From positions 32,001 through 96,000 of the IMG/VR virus record IMGVR_UViG_3300010885_049703: 64,000 nucleotides of DNA. The stretch is one strand, 5' to 3'. Positions 1 to 11,161 of the stretch are shown here, one piece after another; the stretch's first letter is position 1, and each line of letters opens with the position of its first letter. Both the position numbers and the translations under genes were made by a program. The notes beneath the pieces are model-generated. The model was not told the DNA's origin. It did not search any database and was given only the letters and a program-made list of their open reading frames with translations. Origin of the DNA: a virus.

Positions 1-2
1 CA

Positions 3-803
3 TTGATATTTGCATTTAACAATGCCGAAATCAATTATGTGAGCATGGCTGCATGGAATGCCGGCAATATCCAGCGGCATCTTGGAATACCAACGTCGTT
101 GGTCACTGACTGTATTGATCCCAGCTGCAATGATGTTTACGATAAATTTGATCGCGTTATCGTAGTAGAAAAACCCCGAGCAGGTACGCGACATTTCAGC
201 GATATTGGCACAACAGTAGATTGGTACAACACCAATCGTATGGATGCCTACTCATTGACACCATATGATCAAACCCTGGTGATTGATGCTGATTATGTTG
301 TATGTAGCAGTGTCTTGAATGTAGCATTGACACGTGACCAGGATTTTCAGTGCTTTCAAGAAGCATTTGATATCACTGGCACCAATGACTTCAATAGCCT
401 CAATACATTTGGTGAACACAGTTTTCCCATGTGGTGGGCCACAGTGATGATTTTTAAAAAAAGCACAGCAGCTCAATATATTTTTGACTCCATGCAGATG
501 GTACGCGATAACTGGCAGCACTATCGCGATCTTTATAAAATACAGCGTCCCACATATCGCAATGACTTTGCCTTGAGCATTGCCTTGGGAATTTACAGTG
601 GCCATACTTTGAAAGTAGATTCAATTCAACATCAGTTGGCCACTGTACTTCCTGAACATCGGCTACAGCAAATGTCTAAAGATGATTATCGGATCGAATA
701 CAGCACTAGCACAGGTACCTTAAAATACATAACTTTGCGAGGAGTTAGTTTCCACGCCATGTGTAAACGAGATCTAGGAGCCATAGTTGCCAATCCTCTC
801 TGA
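3..803 (+). CDS. GT-A fold glycosyltransferase-like protein (5' truncated by window)
   Basis: PYDQTLVIDADY (DxD motif) and WATVMIFKK; paralog of the next ORF. Confidence 0.55.
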   Translation: MIFAFNNAEINYVSMAAWNAGNIQRHLGIPTSLVTDCIDPSCNDVYDKFDRVIVVEKPRAGTRHFSDIGTTVDWYNTNRMDAYSLTPYDQTLVIDADYVVCSSVLNVALTRDQDFQCFQEAFDITGTNDFNSLNTFGEHSFPMWWATVMIFKKSTAAQYIFDSMQMVRDNWQHYRDLYKIQRPTYRNDFALSIALGIYSGHTLKVDSIQHQLATVLPEHRLQQMSKDDYRIEYSTSTGTLKYITLRGVSFHAMCKRDLGAIVANPL

Positions 804-1563
804 ACGTGGGTATCTAATACCGGCGCTTGACAACGAATCTACTGACTATGTGCGCTGTGCGCAACAACTGGCACACAGCATAAGACAGTTTGAGCCTGAG
901 GCAAAAATCGCTGTGGTGACATTACGGCGTTGTGCAGATTCAGTGTTTGATTACGTGATTCCGTTGCCGCATGGTGATTGCAGCACTGGAGATAACAAAC
1001 AGTGTAATGATTGGCAAATGTTTTCAGCATCACCGTTTCGTCAGACTATAAAACTTGAAGCTGACATGATCATTGCATCGTCGATTGATCATTGGTGGGC
1101 AATGATGCAACATCGTGATGTGTGTATTAGCACAGGGTGCAGAGACTATTATGATCAACCTGCACAATCAAGATTCTATAGAAAGTTGTTTGACACCAAC
1201 AACTTACCTGATGTCTACAATGCCATAACGTATTGGCGAGTCAGCGACACCGCCAAAGAATTCTTTAAATTAGTACGTGCAATATTTGAAAACTGGACAG
1301 AGTATCGTAAACTATTGAAATTCGCCGATGAAGAAGCCAGCACTGATGTAGTGTATGCAATGGCTGCAAAGATAGTTGGAGTAGAACAGTGCACCATGCC
1401 GTTTGCTAGTTACCCACAAATAGTTCACATGAAAAAACATATCATTAACACTCGCACTAACGACTGGACACGTGAACTGGTCTGGGAAACTGATCCCTTG
1501 CGTATTCAAACTGTGGCGCAGTGGGGAGCATTTCACTATCACATCAAGGACTGGCAACCATGA
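787..1563 (+). CDS. GT-A fold glycosyltransferase-like protein
   Basis: SPFRQTIKLEADM aligns with TPYDQTLVIDADY of the upstream ORF; genes overlap. Confidence 0.5.
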   Translation: MPILSERGYLIPALDNESTDYVRCAQQLAHSIRQFEPEAKIAVVTLRRCADSVFDYVIPLPHGDCSTGDNKQCNDWQMFSASPFRQTIKLEADMIIASSIDHWWAMMQHRDVCISTGCRDYYDQPAQSRFYRKLFDTNNLPDVYNAITYWRVSDTAKEFFKLVRAIFENWTEYRKLLKFADEEASTDVVYAMAAKIVGVEQCTMPFASYPQIVHMKKHIINTRTNDWTRELVWETDPLRIQTVAQWGAFHYHIKDWQP

Positions 1564-1892
1564 CACCTGAAGAATTTTGGAATATTTTACATGCTGTGCC
1601 TGAACCGCACCCAATATTCTATAGACTGTATTACGATGATCAAGGGTCGCCCTTATTCTACAGCATGGAGGATTTACCAGGTAATTACATTGACATTGAC
1701 AAAGAAACTTATTTTCAATCCAGCAGTTATGTAAGAGTGCGTGACGGTCAATTAATTCGCACCAGCATAAACACCAGTCGCAAATTAGTGCCCAGCAGCA
1801 TTGGATTTGCGTGTGATCCCAATGACGTTGCTGTAGTCAGCGACTCTTCCTCTAACCGATGGGCAGTAAAAAACTATGATTCAGAAAATTGA
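1560..1892 (+). CDS. hypothetical protein
   Basis: ATG at 1560 overlaps upstream TGA (ATGA coupling). Confidence 0.6.
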   Translation: MTPEEFWNILHAVPEPHPIFYRLYYDDQGSPLFYSMEDLPGNYIDIDKETYFQSSSYVRVRDGQLIRTSINTSRKLVPSSIGFACDPNDVAVVSDSSSNRWAVKNYDSEN

Positions 1893-2802
1893 TATTGCAG
1901 ACTTAGATTGTATATTTTTAACTTATGATGAACCAAATGCTGAGACAAATTGGGTGCATGTTAGGAACATGGTGCCCTGGGCACGACGAGTGGATGGCGT
2001 TAAAGGGTCAGACGCTGCCCACAAAGCGGCAGCCATGGCTTCTGTTACCGATCGGTTTGTGCTCATTGATGGTGATAACATCCCTGATATTGGCTTTTTT
2101 TCATGTACACTGGAGTTGGATGATACCAATCGCGATTGTGTATTTCGCTGGCGTGCCAGGAATAACGTTAACGGACTAATGTATGGTAACGGTGGTATAA
2201 GTTGCTGGACAAAGGATTATGTACTAAACATGCTGACACACGAAGCGTCGGATGGCTCTGATGAGACTGCTGTAGAGTTTTGTTTTCACCCCCGGTACTG
2301 GGCAATGCATGATTGTTATAGTACCACACATATCAATGCCACTGACTTTCAGGCCTGGCGTGCTGGCTTCCGCGAAGGTGTTAAGATGTGTTTGGATCGT
2401 GGTCGCCGTCCTAGCATCAGTGAATTCCAACACCGTGTGGCACAACGTAACTTGGACAACCTAACTATCTGGCACAACATTGGCCGTGATATAGAAAACG
2501 GGGAGTGGGCTATTGCAGGATCACGACAAGGCACTTACATGACAATGCTCACAGAGTGGGACTACGCCAAGGTACAAAATTTTGATGAGTTGGCAGATCT
2601 TTGGAAGTCAGTGCAATCACAAGAACCCAACACGCTTGCTGGCAGAATGGCCGAAGAGTTGCACACACAATTAAACTTACCAATGCATTATACACAAGCA
2701 GGAGAAAGTGAATTTTTCAAGCATCATTATCAAGCCAACTGGCGTAATCGTGGCACGATGGTGCAAGAAATTGATGTCATTAGACAACAAGGAGTCTGGT
2801 AA
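1876..2802 (+). CDS. glycosyltransferase-like protein (GT-A)
   Basis: DCIFLTYDEPNAE...FVLIDGDN (DxD); homologous to the C-terminal domain of 19149..20819. Confidence 0.55.
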   Translation: MIQKIDIADLDCIFLTYDEPNAETNWVHVRNMVPWARRVDGVKGSDAAHKAAAMASVTDRFVLIDGDNIPDIGFFSCTLELDDTNRDCVFRWRARNNVNGLMYGNGGISCWTKDYVLNMLTHEASDGSDETAVEFCFHPRYWAMHDCYSTTHINATDFQAWRAGFREGVKMCLDRGRRPSISEFQHRVAQRNLDNLTIWHNIGRDIENGEWAIAGSRQGTYMTMLTEWDYAKVQNFDELADLWKSVQSQEPNTLAGRMAEELHTQLNLPMHYTQAGESEFFKHHYQANWRNRGTMVQEIDVIRQQGVW

Positions 2803-2803
2803 T

Positions 2804-3850
2804 ATGAGTTTAATTAACAGCCATTGCGGGTTTGCACCACTGCAAGAAGTCTGGCTAGGTGATGTATATCCAACACACTTTTATGATCATTTGTCTGCAC
2901 CAGTACGCGATGCATTTCATACCATTACTGAATGGACCAAGGAAGACCTAGGCAAAATACATGCTAAACTAACTGAGCTGGGCGTAATTGTACGTAGACC
3001 TGAATACCATAGCATAGACGATTGTTTAAATCATAACGACAACTTGTTGAAACCTGTGGTTGCAGCCCGAGATGACACATTAGTGTTAGGATCAACTATG
3101 TATCATCTACGTAATCAATTTCGTCAAAACCCTTGGCAACAAGCACTGGATGATTACAGGGCCAGTGGCGCCACAGTATTAGAATATCAAGAAGGTGAGC
3201 CTTGGGCATGTATAAGTCCCCCGTGCATGGTACGTATTGGCCGCGACTTATATATAGATTGGATATACCACAACCATGTTTGGGGAATAGTAACAGAACC
3301 GTTAGTAGAACTAGCTAAAAATTATCGTGTACATGTAAGTATGATTGATGGACACAGCGATTGTGTATTTTGTCCAGTGCGAGAAGGGTTGATTCTAACT
3401 ACTGATTACAAGCAGTCTTACGACAAAACATTCCCTGGATGGCAAATACACAATATCAATCACAAGAAACGTAAAGGATCTCTAAACATGAGTGGTGGGT
3501 TTCATCAATGGCATGTACCTGATGTTAAAATAGGTGCCAACAAAGAGTTCCAGCAACATGTACAAACGAAAGCACAAGATTGGATAGGTAGTTACCAGGA
3601 AACTGTATTTGATGTAAATTTGCTAATAGTTGATGACAAAAATATTCTTAGCATAGGAGACGATGACGAAACATTTGAGTTCTTACACCATCAGGGTTAT
3701 AATGTGCATGCCTTTGATTTTCGTTGTAGAAATTTTTGGGACGGCGGCATGCATTGTTTAACAAATGACATTCGTAGGACTGGCGATTGCAAGGACTATT
3801 TCCCACACCGTGGTGGCGCAGCATTGGATTGGTTAATTGATGGAAGTTGA
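2804..3850 (+). CDS. amidinotransferase (glycine/inosamine-phosphate amidinotransferase family)
   Basis: LQEVWLG, RDD, GHSD, FDVN and GGMHCLTNDIRR catalytic motifs; start reassigned to ATG 2804 after GGAG. Confidence 0.8.
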   Translation: MSLINSHCGFAPLQEVWLGDVYPTHFYDHLSAPVRDAFHTITEWTKEDLGKIHAKLTELGVIVRRPEYHSIDDCLNHNDNLLKPVVAARDDTLVLGSTMYHLRNQFRQNPWQQALDDYRASGATVLEYQEGEPWACISPPCMVRIGRDLYIDWIYHNHVWGIVTEPLVELAKNYRVHVSMIDGHSDCVFCPVREGLILTTDYKQSYDKTFPGWQIHNINHKKRKGSLNMSGGFHQWHVPDVKIGANKEFQQHVQTKAQDWIGSYQETVFDVNLLIVDDKNILSIGDDDETFEFLHHQGYNVHAFDFRCRNFWDGGMHCLTNDIRRTGDCKDYFPHRGGAALDWLIDGS

Positions 3851-4808
3851 TGTAGTTACTAGCGATTCGCTGATTTGGAACAAACAACAATTTATATTTG
3901 ATCTGATTGTTGCAGCGCAATCAGGCCAAGTCGTTGTGAATTTACTGCACGAAGGCCCTGACTGCATCGCTGCAGGTATAGATTTGGTACTAGATCAAAT
4001 TTGCGAATTAATGAGTCTGCCACGGGAGCATTTTTTAATACAGACTAGCAATCAACTAAGTTCTAGCGCATATCCTGAACAAAGAACATCGTTTGTTGAG
4101 TTAGCGTTAGCAAAGACGTTGGCAACGCAGAGGTTACCACAAACAAGCACATTGCAGCATAAATTTGGTATATTCATAGGTCGTAGTAACTGGCAAAGAT
4201 TGGGACTAGCAGCATATTTGAGCTCACAGTATCCTGAGCAAACCACAATGACTTTTCACTACGATAATCAAATTGATTATCATCGCAATAATTTTGGGAT
4301 CGAAGAATTTGTACAACGTAATTGGGAACGTGCTCCACAGATACTGGAGTTTTTGAAACGTTTGCCTATTACAAACGATCATCAAACTTATCCTATTTTA
4401 TGGAACAAACAAGGATTTGATTTACAAGAGCAATATAAATCCTTGTTTGTTGAAATAGTATGCGAAACTTACTTTACTGGTCGCACATTTTTTATAACTG
4501 AAAAAACTCTACGGTGTATTGTAAATCGTAGGCCATTTTTAGTGCAAGGTCCTAGATGCTATCTAAAAAATTTGCATGCACTGGGATTTAAAACATTTGA
4601 TCAGTGGTGGGACGAAGGGTATGATTTAGATCATTCAGATGCTAGATATCAAACACTATGCAATGGTATAGATTGGATCGCACAACAATCATCAAATACA
4701 ATACAGCAATGGTATCAAGACATGCAACCAGTATTGGAACACAATATAGAATGTTTAAAACAACTAAGCACAAAAAAGATACTTACAACAGATTTTTCTT
4801 ATGAATAA
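3837..4808 (+). CDS. GT-B-like protein of the ET...TEK family
   Basis: VEIVCETYF..FFITEKTLR..RPFLV..GFKTFD.WDEGYD, shared with three paralogs in the window. Confidence 0.5.
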   Translation: MMEVDVVTSDSLIWNKQQFIFDLIVAAQSGQVVVNLLHEGPDCIAAGIDLVLDQICELMSLPREHFLIQTSNQLSSSAYPEQRTSFVELALAKTLATQRLPQTSTLQHKFGIFIGRSNWQRLGLAAYLSSQYPEQTTMTFHYDNQIDYHRNNFGIEEFVQRNWERAPQILEFLKRLPITNDHQTYPILWNKQGFDLQEQYKSLFVEIVCETYFTGRTFFITEKTLRCIVNRRPFLVQGPRCYLKNLHALGFKTFDQWWDEGYDLDHSDARYQTLCNGIDWIAQQSSNTIQQWYQDMQPVLEHNIECLKQLSTKKILTTDFSYE

Positions 4809-6192
4809 AGGTGATGAATTAGTAGGAACCAAAAGCAAGTTTTTAACTTCTGCTGAGCAAATGAAAGAACAACTGGGACCTGCACGTTGCTATGCCAAGT
4901 GGCAGCAGGTTAGTCTGCATTTAACTACGGGCATGACCAACAGTTGCTATCATCCACCACTGCATGAAATAGATGCCACTTTACTGGCAGATAACCCTGG
5001 TGCATTACATAACACGCCGTATAAGAAAGAACAGCGTAAGATTATGTTGCGCAATGAACGTCCGGAGGAATGTAGTTATTGCTGGACACAAGAAGACATG
5101 GGCAACTTGTCAGACCGGCATTATCGTAGTGGAGAGCCTTGGGCTGATATAGATCTAACAAACTTAACCGGAGATGAAGATGTCATACCTACCTATGTGG
5201 AAGTTAATTTTAGTAATGTTTGCAATCTCAAGTGTAGCTATTGCAGCCCACAGTATAGTTCAACGTGGGCTGACGAAACTAACCGACATGGGGCCTATCC
5301 TACTAGAGTCCCTCATAATGAGCCGAGTCATTTTAACGGGCGTCGTAAGCCTATACCTGTTCGCGAAGATAACCCTTATGTAGAAGCATTCTGGCGTTGG
5401 TGGCCGCAGTTATATCCCAGACTAAAGCATTTTCGTATGACCGGTGGTGAACCATTGCTGGATAAAAACACATACCGGGTATTTGACTATGTGTTGGCAT
5501 TGCCCAAGATGGATCTGCACCTAAACGTTACATCAAATTTCAGTGTTGATTATCATGTGTTTTCACGGTATCTTGATTACGTCAAGAGATTATGCAATAC
5601 ACAAATTGAACATTTTATGCAGTATGTCAGCGTTGACACCGGTGATTGGATGCAAGCTGAATACATTAGACATGGCCTTGATATGAATTTGATGTTGAGT
5701 CATGTCAACAATTATCTTGATGAAGTGCCCAATCGCAGCAGCCTTACATTTATCATCACACTAAACAATCTCAGTGTAACAGGACTGGATCAACTGTTAG
5801 ATTATATTTTAGAACTACGTGCTAGATACAGTAAGACTTATCAACGTGTGTGGTTTGATACACCATTGCTGAGACAACCACGCTGGCAGAGTTTACAGAT
5901 ACTTCCTGTTGCATATCAACGACGCATAGAGCAACACATAGAATTCATGCGGCAGAATCTTATGCCTGAGGGTAGTTTTGTAGGATTCAAAGATTATGAA
6001 GTACAACGTATGCAACGTGCCTTGGATTGGATGCGCGAGCCACAGGATGCTGTAGAAGTAAACACCGCACGAGCAGACTTCTATCGCTTTTTTGGCGAAC
6101 ATGATCGCCGCCGTGGTACTAACTTCGTAGAAACTTTTCCAGAGATGACGACTTTTTGGCAGGAATGTGAATCACATGCTCGGCAATCGTAA
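4801..6192 (+). CDS. radical SAM protein with N-terminal twitch/SPASM-like Cys cluster
   Basis: CNLKCSYC, TGGEPLL; N-terminal C..CYH..CSYC. Confidence 0.85.
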   Translation: MNKGDELVGTKSKFLTSAEQMKEQLGPARCYAKWQQVSLHLTTGMTNSCYHPPLHEIDATLLADNPGALHNTPYKKEQRKIMLRNERPEECSYCWTQEDMGNLSDRHYRSGEPWADIDLTNLTGDEDVIPTYVEVNFSNVCNLKCSYCSPQYSSTWADETNRHGAYPTRVPHNEPSHFNGRRKPIPVREDNPYVEAFWRWWPQLYPRLKHFRMTGGEPLLDKNTYRVFDYVLALPKMDLHLNVTSNFSVDYHVFSRYLDYVKRLCNTQIEHFMQYVSVDTGDWMQAEYIRHGLDMNLMLSHVNNYLDEVPNRSSLTFIITLNNLSVTGLDQLLDYILELRARYSKTYQRVWFDTPLLRQPRWQSLQILPVAYQRRIEQHIEFMRQNLMPEGSFVGFKDYEVQRMQRALDWMREPQDAVEVNTARADFYRFFGEHDRRRGTNFVETFPEMTTFWQECESHARQS

Positions 6193-7333
6193 ATTAATCT
6201 TAGACACATTCTGTGAAGTCTACGACTTACTTCGGCCCTGGATGGATGGCGATTTTTATGATTTTTCTCAATTAACTATAGAGCCTGGCTCCATTTATAT
6301 GGTGGGCCGGGCACAGTTTAATTTGAATGTACAAAAAGTACGTGACATAGTTGACAGCAAACAAGCCATTGTAGTAATCAGTAATCCAGCCGAAGGCAGT
6401 GAAACACTCAAACATCATATGCAACGTGCCGGGGTTAATGAGTATGTGCAAGATGGAAGATTACTATTGTTAGGCGGTGGCGACATGGAGTCTGAGTATC
6501 AATATCTGCAATACGACTCTTTCTTACCAAAAGTTTACGACTATCCAGAAAACTTAATTGAATGTCAGCGAACCCCTGAGATCTATACTCAACTTGATAA
6601 ACCTTATAAGTTTTTATTCTTAAATGGTCGCGCTCGCCCGCATAGAAAATTTTTGATACAAAGTTTTAGTCAATTAGGAATGTTGGACCAAGCAATCTGG
6701 ACTAATCTTGATTTGCACACAGGCAGTACTCAAGAAATAACAATGATGCGCCAAGGGAAAGATCTGATTGCAGAGACCATTCCAATTAAATTACTTGATT
6801 CAAAGTATGAAGTGAGTAGATATCATCGTAATCTCACTCGGGGATCACCAGAAAAATTTGTCAAAAATTCTCTGTTTGATATTGGAACCGGACAACCTGA
6901 ATGGGGAGAAATTTATCTCAAAGCCGATCTCTATATTGATACCTATTTTAGTGTAGTCACTGAAACAATATTCACTTATCCATATAGTTTCCGAACAGAG
7001 AAAATTTGGAAACCAGTTGCAATTGGGCATCCTTGGATAGCAGTTGCCAATGCAGGATTTTATCGCGATATCAAAAATTTGGGATTCCGTACATTTGATA
7101 AACTTATTGATGAAAGTTTTGATGACATTTCTAATAATTCAGATCGACTACATCGTGTGAAAGATGTTATAATTGATCTATATAATAGTGACTTGCCTAG
7201 TTTTATGTTAGCAGCGCAGGAAATTTGCGAATACAACCAACAACATCTCCAAGACATGCGTGTCAAAATACGTGCAGAGTTTCCAGAGAGATATCGTAAA
7301 TTTATGATTGAACAGGGAATTATCAATGAATGA
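6167..7333 (+). CDS. GT-B-like protein of the ET...TEK family
   Basis: FLFLNGRARPHR; YFSVVTET..RTEKIWKP..GFRTFD..DESFD. Confidence 0.5.
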   Translation: MNHMLGNRKLILDTFCEVYDLLRPWMDGDFYDFSQLTIEPGSIYMVGRAQFNLNVQKVRDIVDSKQAIVVISNPAEGSETLKHHMQRAGVNEYVQDGRLLLLGGGDMESEYQYLQYDSFLPKVYDYPENLIECQRTPEIYTQLDKPYKFLFLNGRARPHRKFLIQSFSQLGMLDQAIWTNLDLHTGSTQEITMMRQGKDLIAETIPIKLLDSKYEVSRYHRNLTRGSPEKFVKNSLFDIGTGQPEWGEIYLKADLYIDTYFSVVTETIFTYPYSFRTEKIWKPVAIGHPWIAVANAGFYRDIKNLGFRTFDKLIDESFDDISNNSDRLHRVKDVIIDLYNSDLPSFMLAAQEICEYNQQHLQDMRVKIRAEFPERYRKFMIEQGIINE

Positions 7334-8663
7334 TTTAGAATTCCGACAACAAGTGCTTGATACTAAAAGCGCAAGTTTCTGTGCAGCCAAGTGGTACAAT
7401 GCCACTATTTGGTTAGGCTCGGGCATGACTACAAGTTGTCATCATCCATTGCCGCACAAAGTCAGTGTTGATGAAGTACAAATTAATCCTCGAGCATTGC
7501 ACAATACCCCAAAGAAAAAAGCAGAACGTCAAATGATGCAGCAAGGCGAACGTCCAGCTGGCTGCGAATACTGCTGGAAAATAGAAGACATGGGTCGTGA
7601 TGCTATAAGCGATCGTGTTTACAAAAGTAAAATTTATCCCATAGAGGATTTAAATCGTGCAATCAATACGCCACCAAATGAAGATATTAATCTTCGCACT
7701 CTTGAAATTAGTTTTGACCGTACTTGTCAATTCGCTTGCTCTTACTGCAATCCTGCTTTCAGTTCAACATGGGTTAAAGATATCAGAGACAATGGACCCT
7801 ATACTAATTTACTGTCAGACGGTAGGAATCACTTTACTCACGCTCATGACAGTAGTCAACTTTATAGATTTGGCGAGAGTAATCCGTATGTGGAAGCGTT
7901 TTTTAAGTGGTGGGAATCGGACCTACATCAAACATTAGACGAATTACGCATCACCGGTGGTGAACCATTGATGTCAGGATATACTTGGCAGCTACTGGAT
8001 TGGTTCAAAGAGAATAAAGGCAAGAGTAAAACACGTCTTGCGATCAACAGTAATCTTGGCACACAAGTTGACATAGATAGATTGTTTACCAGTGTTGATG
8101 AGCCTATTGATTTGTACACCAGCAACGAGTCTGTGGGCTTACAAGCAGAGTACATACGTGATGGTCTTGTCTGGGATGATTGGGCCAATACAGTAGAACT
8201 TATATTAGACAATCAAATTGGTCACAAACTACGTGGGTTGCATATTATGTGTACTGTCAACACATTGTGTTTGGATAGTCTAGTGGATTTTTTAGATTGC
8301 ATAGTCAATTGGAAACTAAGTTATGGCACAGACGCAGTGAGTTTTACATTAAATATACTACGCTTCCCTAGCTTCCAAAGCCCCTTGGTATTGCCCGAAC
8401 ACTTGCGTACACAGTACAAAGATCAACTTGCTGATTTTATGGCCAGACACAAAGATAACAGTTGCTTGCATGAACATGAATGGAATCACATGCAACGACT
8501 TGTGGATTATCTTGATGTAGTCAAAACTCCTCACAGTGACTCAGCAGAGTTAGAAGTGTTACAACGAGATTTTAAGCAATTCTATCAACAATATGATCAA
8601 CGTCGAGGGAAAGACTTTGCTACAGCATTTCCAAATTTAATGGAGTGGTATGACCAAATTTGA
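7326..8663 (+). CDS. radical SAM protein with N-terminal twitch/SPASM-like cluster
   Basis: CQFACSYC, ITGGEPL; close paralog of 4801..6192. Confidence 0.85.
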   Translation: MNDLEFRQQVLDTKSASFCAAKWYNATIWLGSGMTTSCHHPLPHKVSVDEVQINPRALHNTPKKKAERQMMQQGERPAGCEYCWKIEDMGRDAISDRVYKSKIYPIEDLNRAINTPPNEDINLRTLEISFDRTCQFACSYCNPAFSSTWVKDIRDNGPYTNLLSDGRNHFTHAHDSSQLYRFGESNPYVEAFFKWWESDLHQTLDELRITGGEPLMSGYTWQLLDWFKENKGKSKTRLAINSNLGTQVDIDRLFTSVDEPIDLYTSNESVGLQAEYIRDGLVWDDWANTVELILDNQIGHKLRGLHIMCTVNTLCLDSLVDFLDCIVNWKLSYGTDAVSFTLNILRFPSFQSPLVLPEHLRTQYKDQLADFMARHKDNSCLHEHEWNHMQRLVDYLDVVKTPHSDSAELEVLQRDFKQFYQQYDQRRGKDFATAFPNLMEWYDQI

Positions 8664-9951
8664 TTACAACAGTTCTGATCCAGTTAATATTTCGCTTGAT
8701 GACCTTGATGAACATAAACAGTTTCTGTTAACTGAATCAAAAACATTTTGCATTTACCCCTGGATGCACTTACACGCCTATCCTACCGGAGAAGCCTATC
8801 CTTGTTGCTATAGTGAAATGTGGGCGCCAGTGGGATCATGCAAGAAAAATAGCTTAGAAGAAATTTGGAATGATGCACCAATCCGAAAAATACGACAGAA
8901 CATGCTTTCAGAAAATCGTAGTCCAGCTTGCACACGTTGCTACGAACAAGAGTCTGCAGGGTTTCGCAGTGGACGCCAAGGTGCCAATAAGCATCATGGA
9001 CATCATATTCATAAAATTGACGGCACTGCCAGTGATGGCCATCTTGACAAATTTGAAATGTCATACTGGGATATTCGATTTAGTAACTTATGCAACTTAA
9101 AATGTCGTAGTTGCGGACATATCTTTTCAAGTCAATGGTATCAGGATCAAGCTAAACTAGCCGGACCCGACTGGGCGAAGAATCATAAAGTTTTAAACAT
9201 ATCCGGTCGCGCAGAAGATGACATGTGGAATCAATTACTTCCACATATTGATTATGTAGAACAAATTTACTTTGCTGGCGGCGAACCTCTTCTCATGGAA
9301 GAACACTATAATATTCTTGAGGAACTTGTGCGTCGTAAAATGTTTCATGTAAAATTAATTTACAACACTAACTTTACACATACCAAGCTCAAAGATAAGA
9401 GTGTGTTTGAGTATTGGAAATTGTTCAACAGTATCAGCGTTGGCGCAAGCCTTGACGGTGCTGACCACTATGCTGAGTATATTCGCAAAGGTACAAACTG
9501 GCAGCAAGTAGAACAGAATCGCCTTGATATGATACGAATCTGCCCCGAGGTTGACTTTTACATTAGTCCCACGCTGAGTATTATGAATGCCTGGCACCTG
9601 CCAGATTTTCATCGCGATTGGGTTGAACGTGGCTTTATACGTCACCAAGATTTAAATGTCAACATTCTTCAGGATCCAAATTTTTATAGGATTGACATTG
9701 CCGGTGCAGCATACAAACAAGAGCTCAAAGATAAATTTGAAAGGCATTTAGACTGGTTGCGCCCACATGACCCTCTGCAACGAGCCACGGTAGGATTTGA
9801 GTCAGCTATAAATTTCATGATGGCCAAAGACAACAGTGAGTTGCAGGTAAAGTTTTTTGAACGCACTCAGCAACTTGATGACATACGCGGAGAAAGTATT
9901 TTCAAAGTCATACCAGAACTAGCAAGAATAAATGCAAATACCACACAATAA
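8650..9951 (+). CDS. twitch-domain radical SAM protein
   Basis: FCIYPW..PCC..CTRC N-terminus; CNLKCRSC; AGGEPL. Confidence 0.85.
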   Translation: MTKFDYNSSDPVNISLDDLDEHKQFLLTESKTFCIYPWMHLHAYPTGEAYPCCYSEMWAPVGSCKKNSLEEIWNDAPIRKIRQNMLSENRSPACTRCYEQESAGFRSGRQGANKHHGHHIHKIDGTASDGHLDKFEMSYWDIRFSNLCNLKCRSCGHIFSSQWYQDQAKLAGPDWAKNHKVLNISGRAEDDMWNQLLPHIDYVEQIYFAGGEPLLMEEHYNILEELVRRKMFHVKLIYNTNFTHTKLKDKSVFEYWKLFNSISVGASLDGADHYAEYIRKGTNWQQVEQNRLDMIRICPEVDFYISPTLSIMNAWHLPDFHRDWVERGFIRHQDLNVNILQDPNFYRIDIAGAAYKQELKDKFERHLDWLRPHDPLQRATVGFESAINFMMAKDNSELQVKFFERTQQLDDIRGESIFKVIPELARINANTTQ

Positions 9952-11161
9952 ATTTTGTATCCTTCCATGGGTAAGTTTGGAAACTAGTCCCGTGGGAACA
10001 GTACGACCCTGTTGTTTAGCCAAGGATGAAATACACAATGACGGTAATAAATTCCACCTTACGACCTCAACCTTTGATCAAATACGAAATAGCAGTTACA
10101 TGCAAGGCCTCCGACAGGAATTTCTTGCAGGTCAACTTCCATCAACATGTGAGCGTTGTTGGGCAATTGAAGATTCAGGAGGAACCTCCAAGCGACAGCA
10201 TACCCTTAACAGACTTAAACACATAGTTGTTGATACAGAGTGGACTGATGATTCTAAAGATTTAATATTCTTGGATCTTAAACTAGGCAACATCTGTAAT
10301 CTCAAATGTCGTATATGTGGACCTTGGAGTTCGAGTACCTATGCCTCGGAAGAAATAGGTACCGTGATGACATTGGAACGCAAGCAAACCTATGCTTATC
10401 AGATGTTGCGCGAAGGACGCTGGCCAAGAGAGAGCCCAGACTTCTGGCAGCAACTCAGTGATATTGCTGGTCAAATACGTTATCTTGAATTTACCGGTGG
10501 CGAACCATTTATGATTGCCGAACACTTTGATTTTCTACAGACACTTGTGGATCGCGGTGTTGCCGGCAATGTTGAAATACATTATAACACCAATGGCACA
10601 CAGTATCCTGAACGTGGTATTGAGTTATGGCCACATTTTAAAACAGTTGAAATCGCCATTAGCATTGATGACTTGGGTGAACGATTTGAATATCAGCGCA
10701 CGGGTGCCCGGTGGACGGAAGTACAAGACAATATATATAAATTTAGAAAACTGCGACGCAACAGCAAAAACATTCAATTACAATTGTGTTGTACAATAAG
10801 CATTTGGAATGTTGTTTACTTCAGCGAGATTGCAGCCTGGGCTAGTTTATTTCCCTGGGACTTTGTTTACTGGAACTACCTACATGATTCCCCAACGTGG
10901 TGCATTGCCAACATGGTTGAGCCAGTCAAAGACAATATAGCAAAGCATTTACAAAGTCAACTCATAGTTGATCAACATGCTGATGAACGAGATAAAATAA
11001 TCGACTTTATGTATTCAAGAGAAGGATACATGGGGTGCGGGCGAGGTGGCGCATTAACTGATGAAATTGAACGATTTGATAAACTACGCAATCAACGTCT
11101 AGGAGATGTTGCACCGCTATTGGCAACAATGTTATACTATGACGGACCTTATGACGACTAA
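9932..11161 (+). CDS. twitch-domain radical SAM protein
   Basis: FCILPW..PCC..CERC; CNLKCRIC; TGGEPF. Confidence 0.85.
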   Translation: MQIPHNKFCILPWVSLETSPVGTVRPCCLAKDEIHNDGNKFHLTTSTFDQIRNSSYMQGLRQEFLAGQLPSTCERCWAIEDSGGTSKRQHTLNRLKHIVVDTEWTDDSKDLIFLDLKLGNICNLKCRICGPWSSSTYASEEIGTVMTLERKQTYAYQMLREGRWPRESPDFWQQLSDIAGQIRYLEFTGGEPFMIAEHFDFLQTLVDRGVAGNVEIHYNTNGTQYPERGIELWPHFKTVEIAISIDDLGERFEYQRTGARWTEVQDNIYKFRKLRRNSKNIQLQLCCTISIWNVVYFSEIAAWASLFPWDFVYWNYLHDSPTWCIANMVEPVKDNIAKHLQSQLIVDQHADERDKIIDFMYSREGYMGCGRGGALTDEIERFDKLRNQRLGDVAPLLATMLYYDGPYDD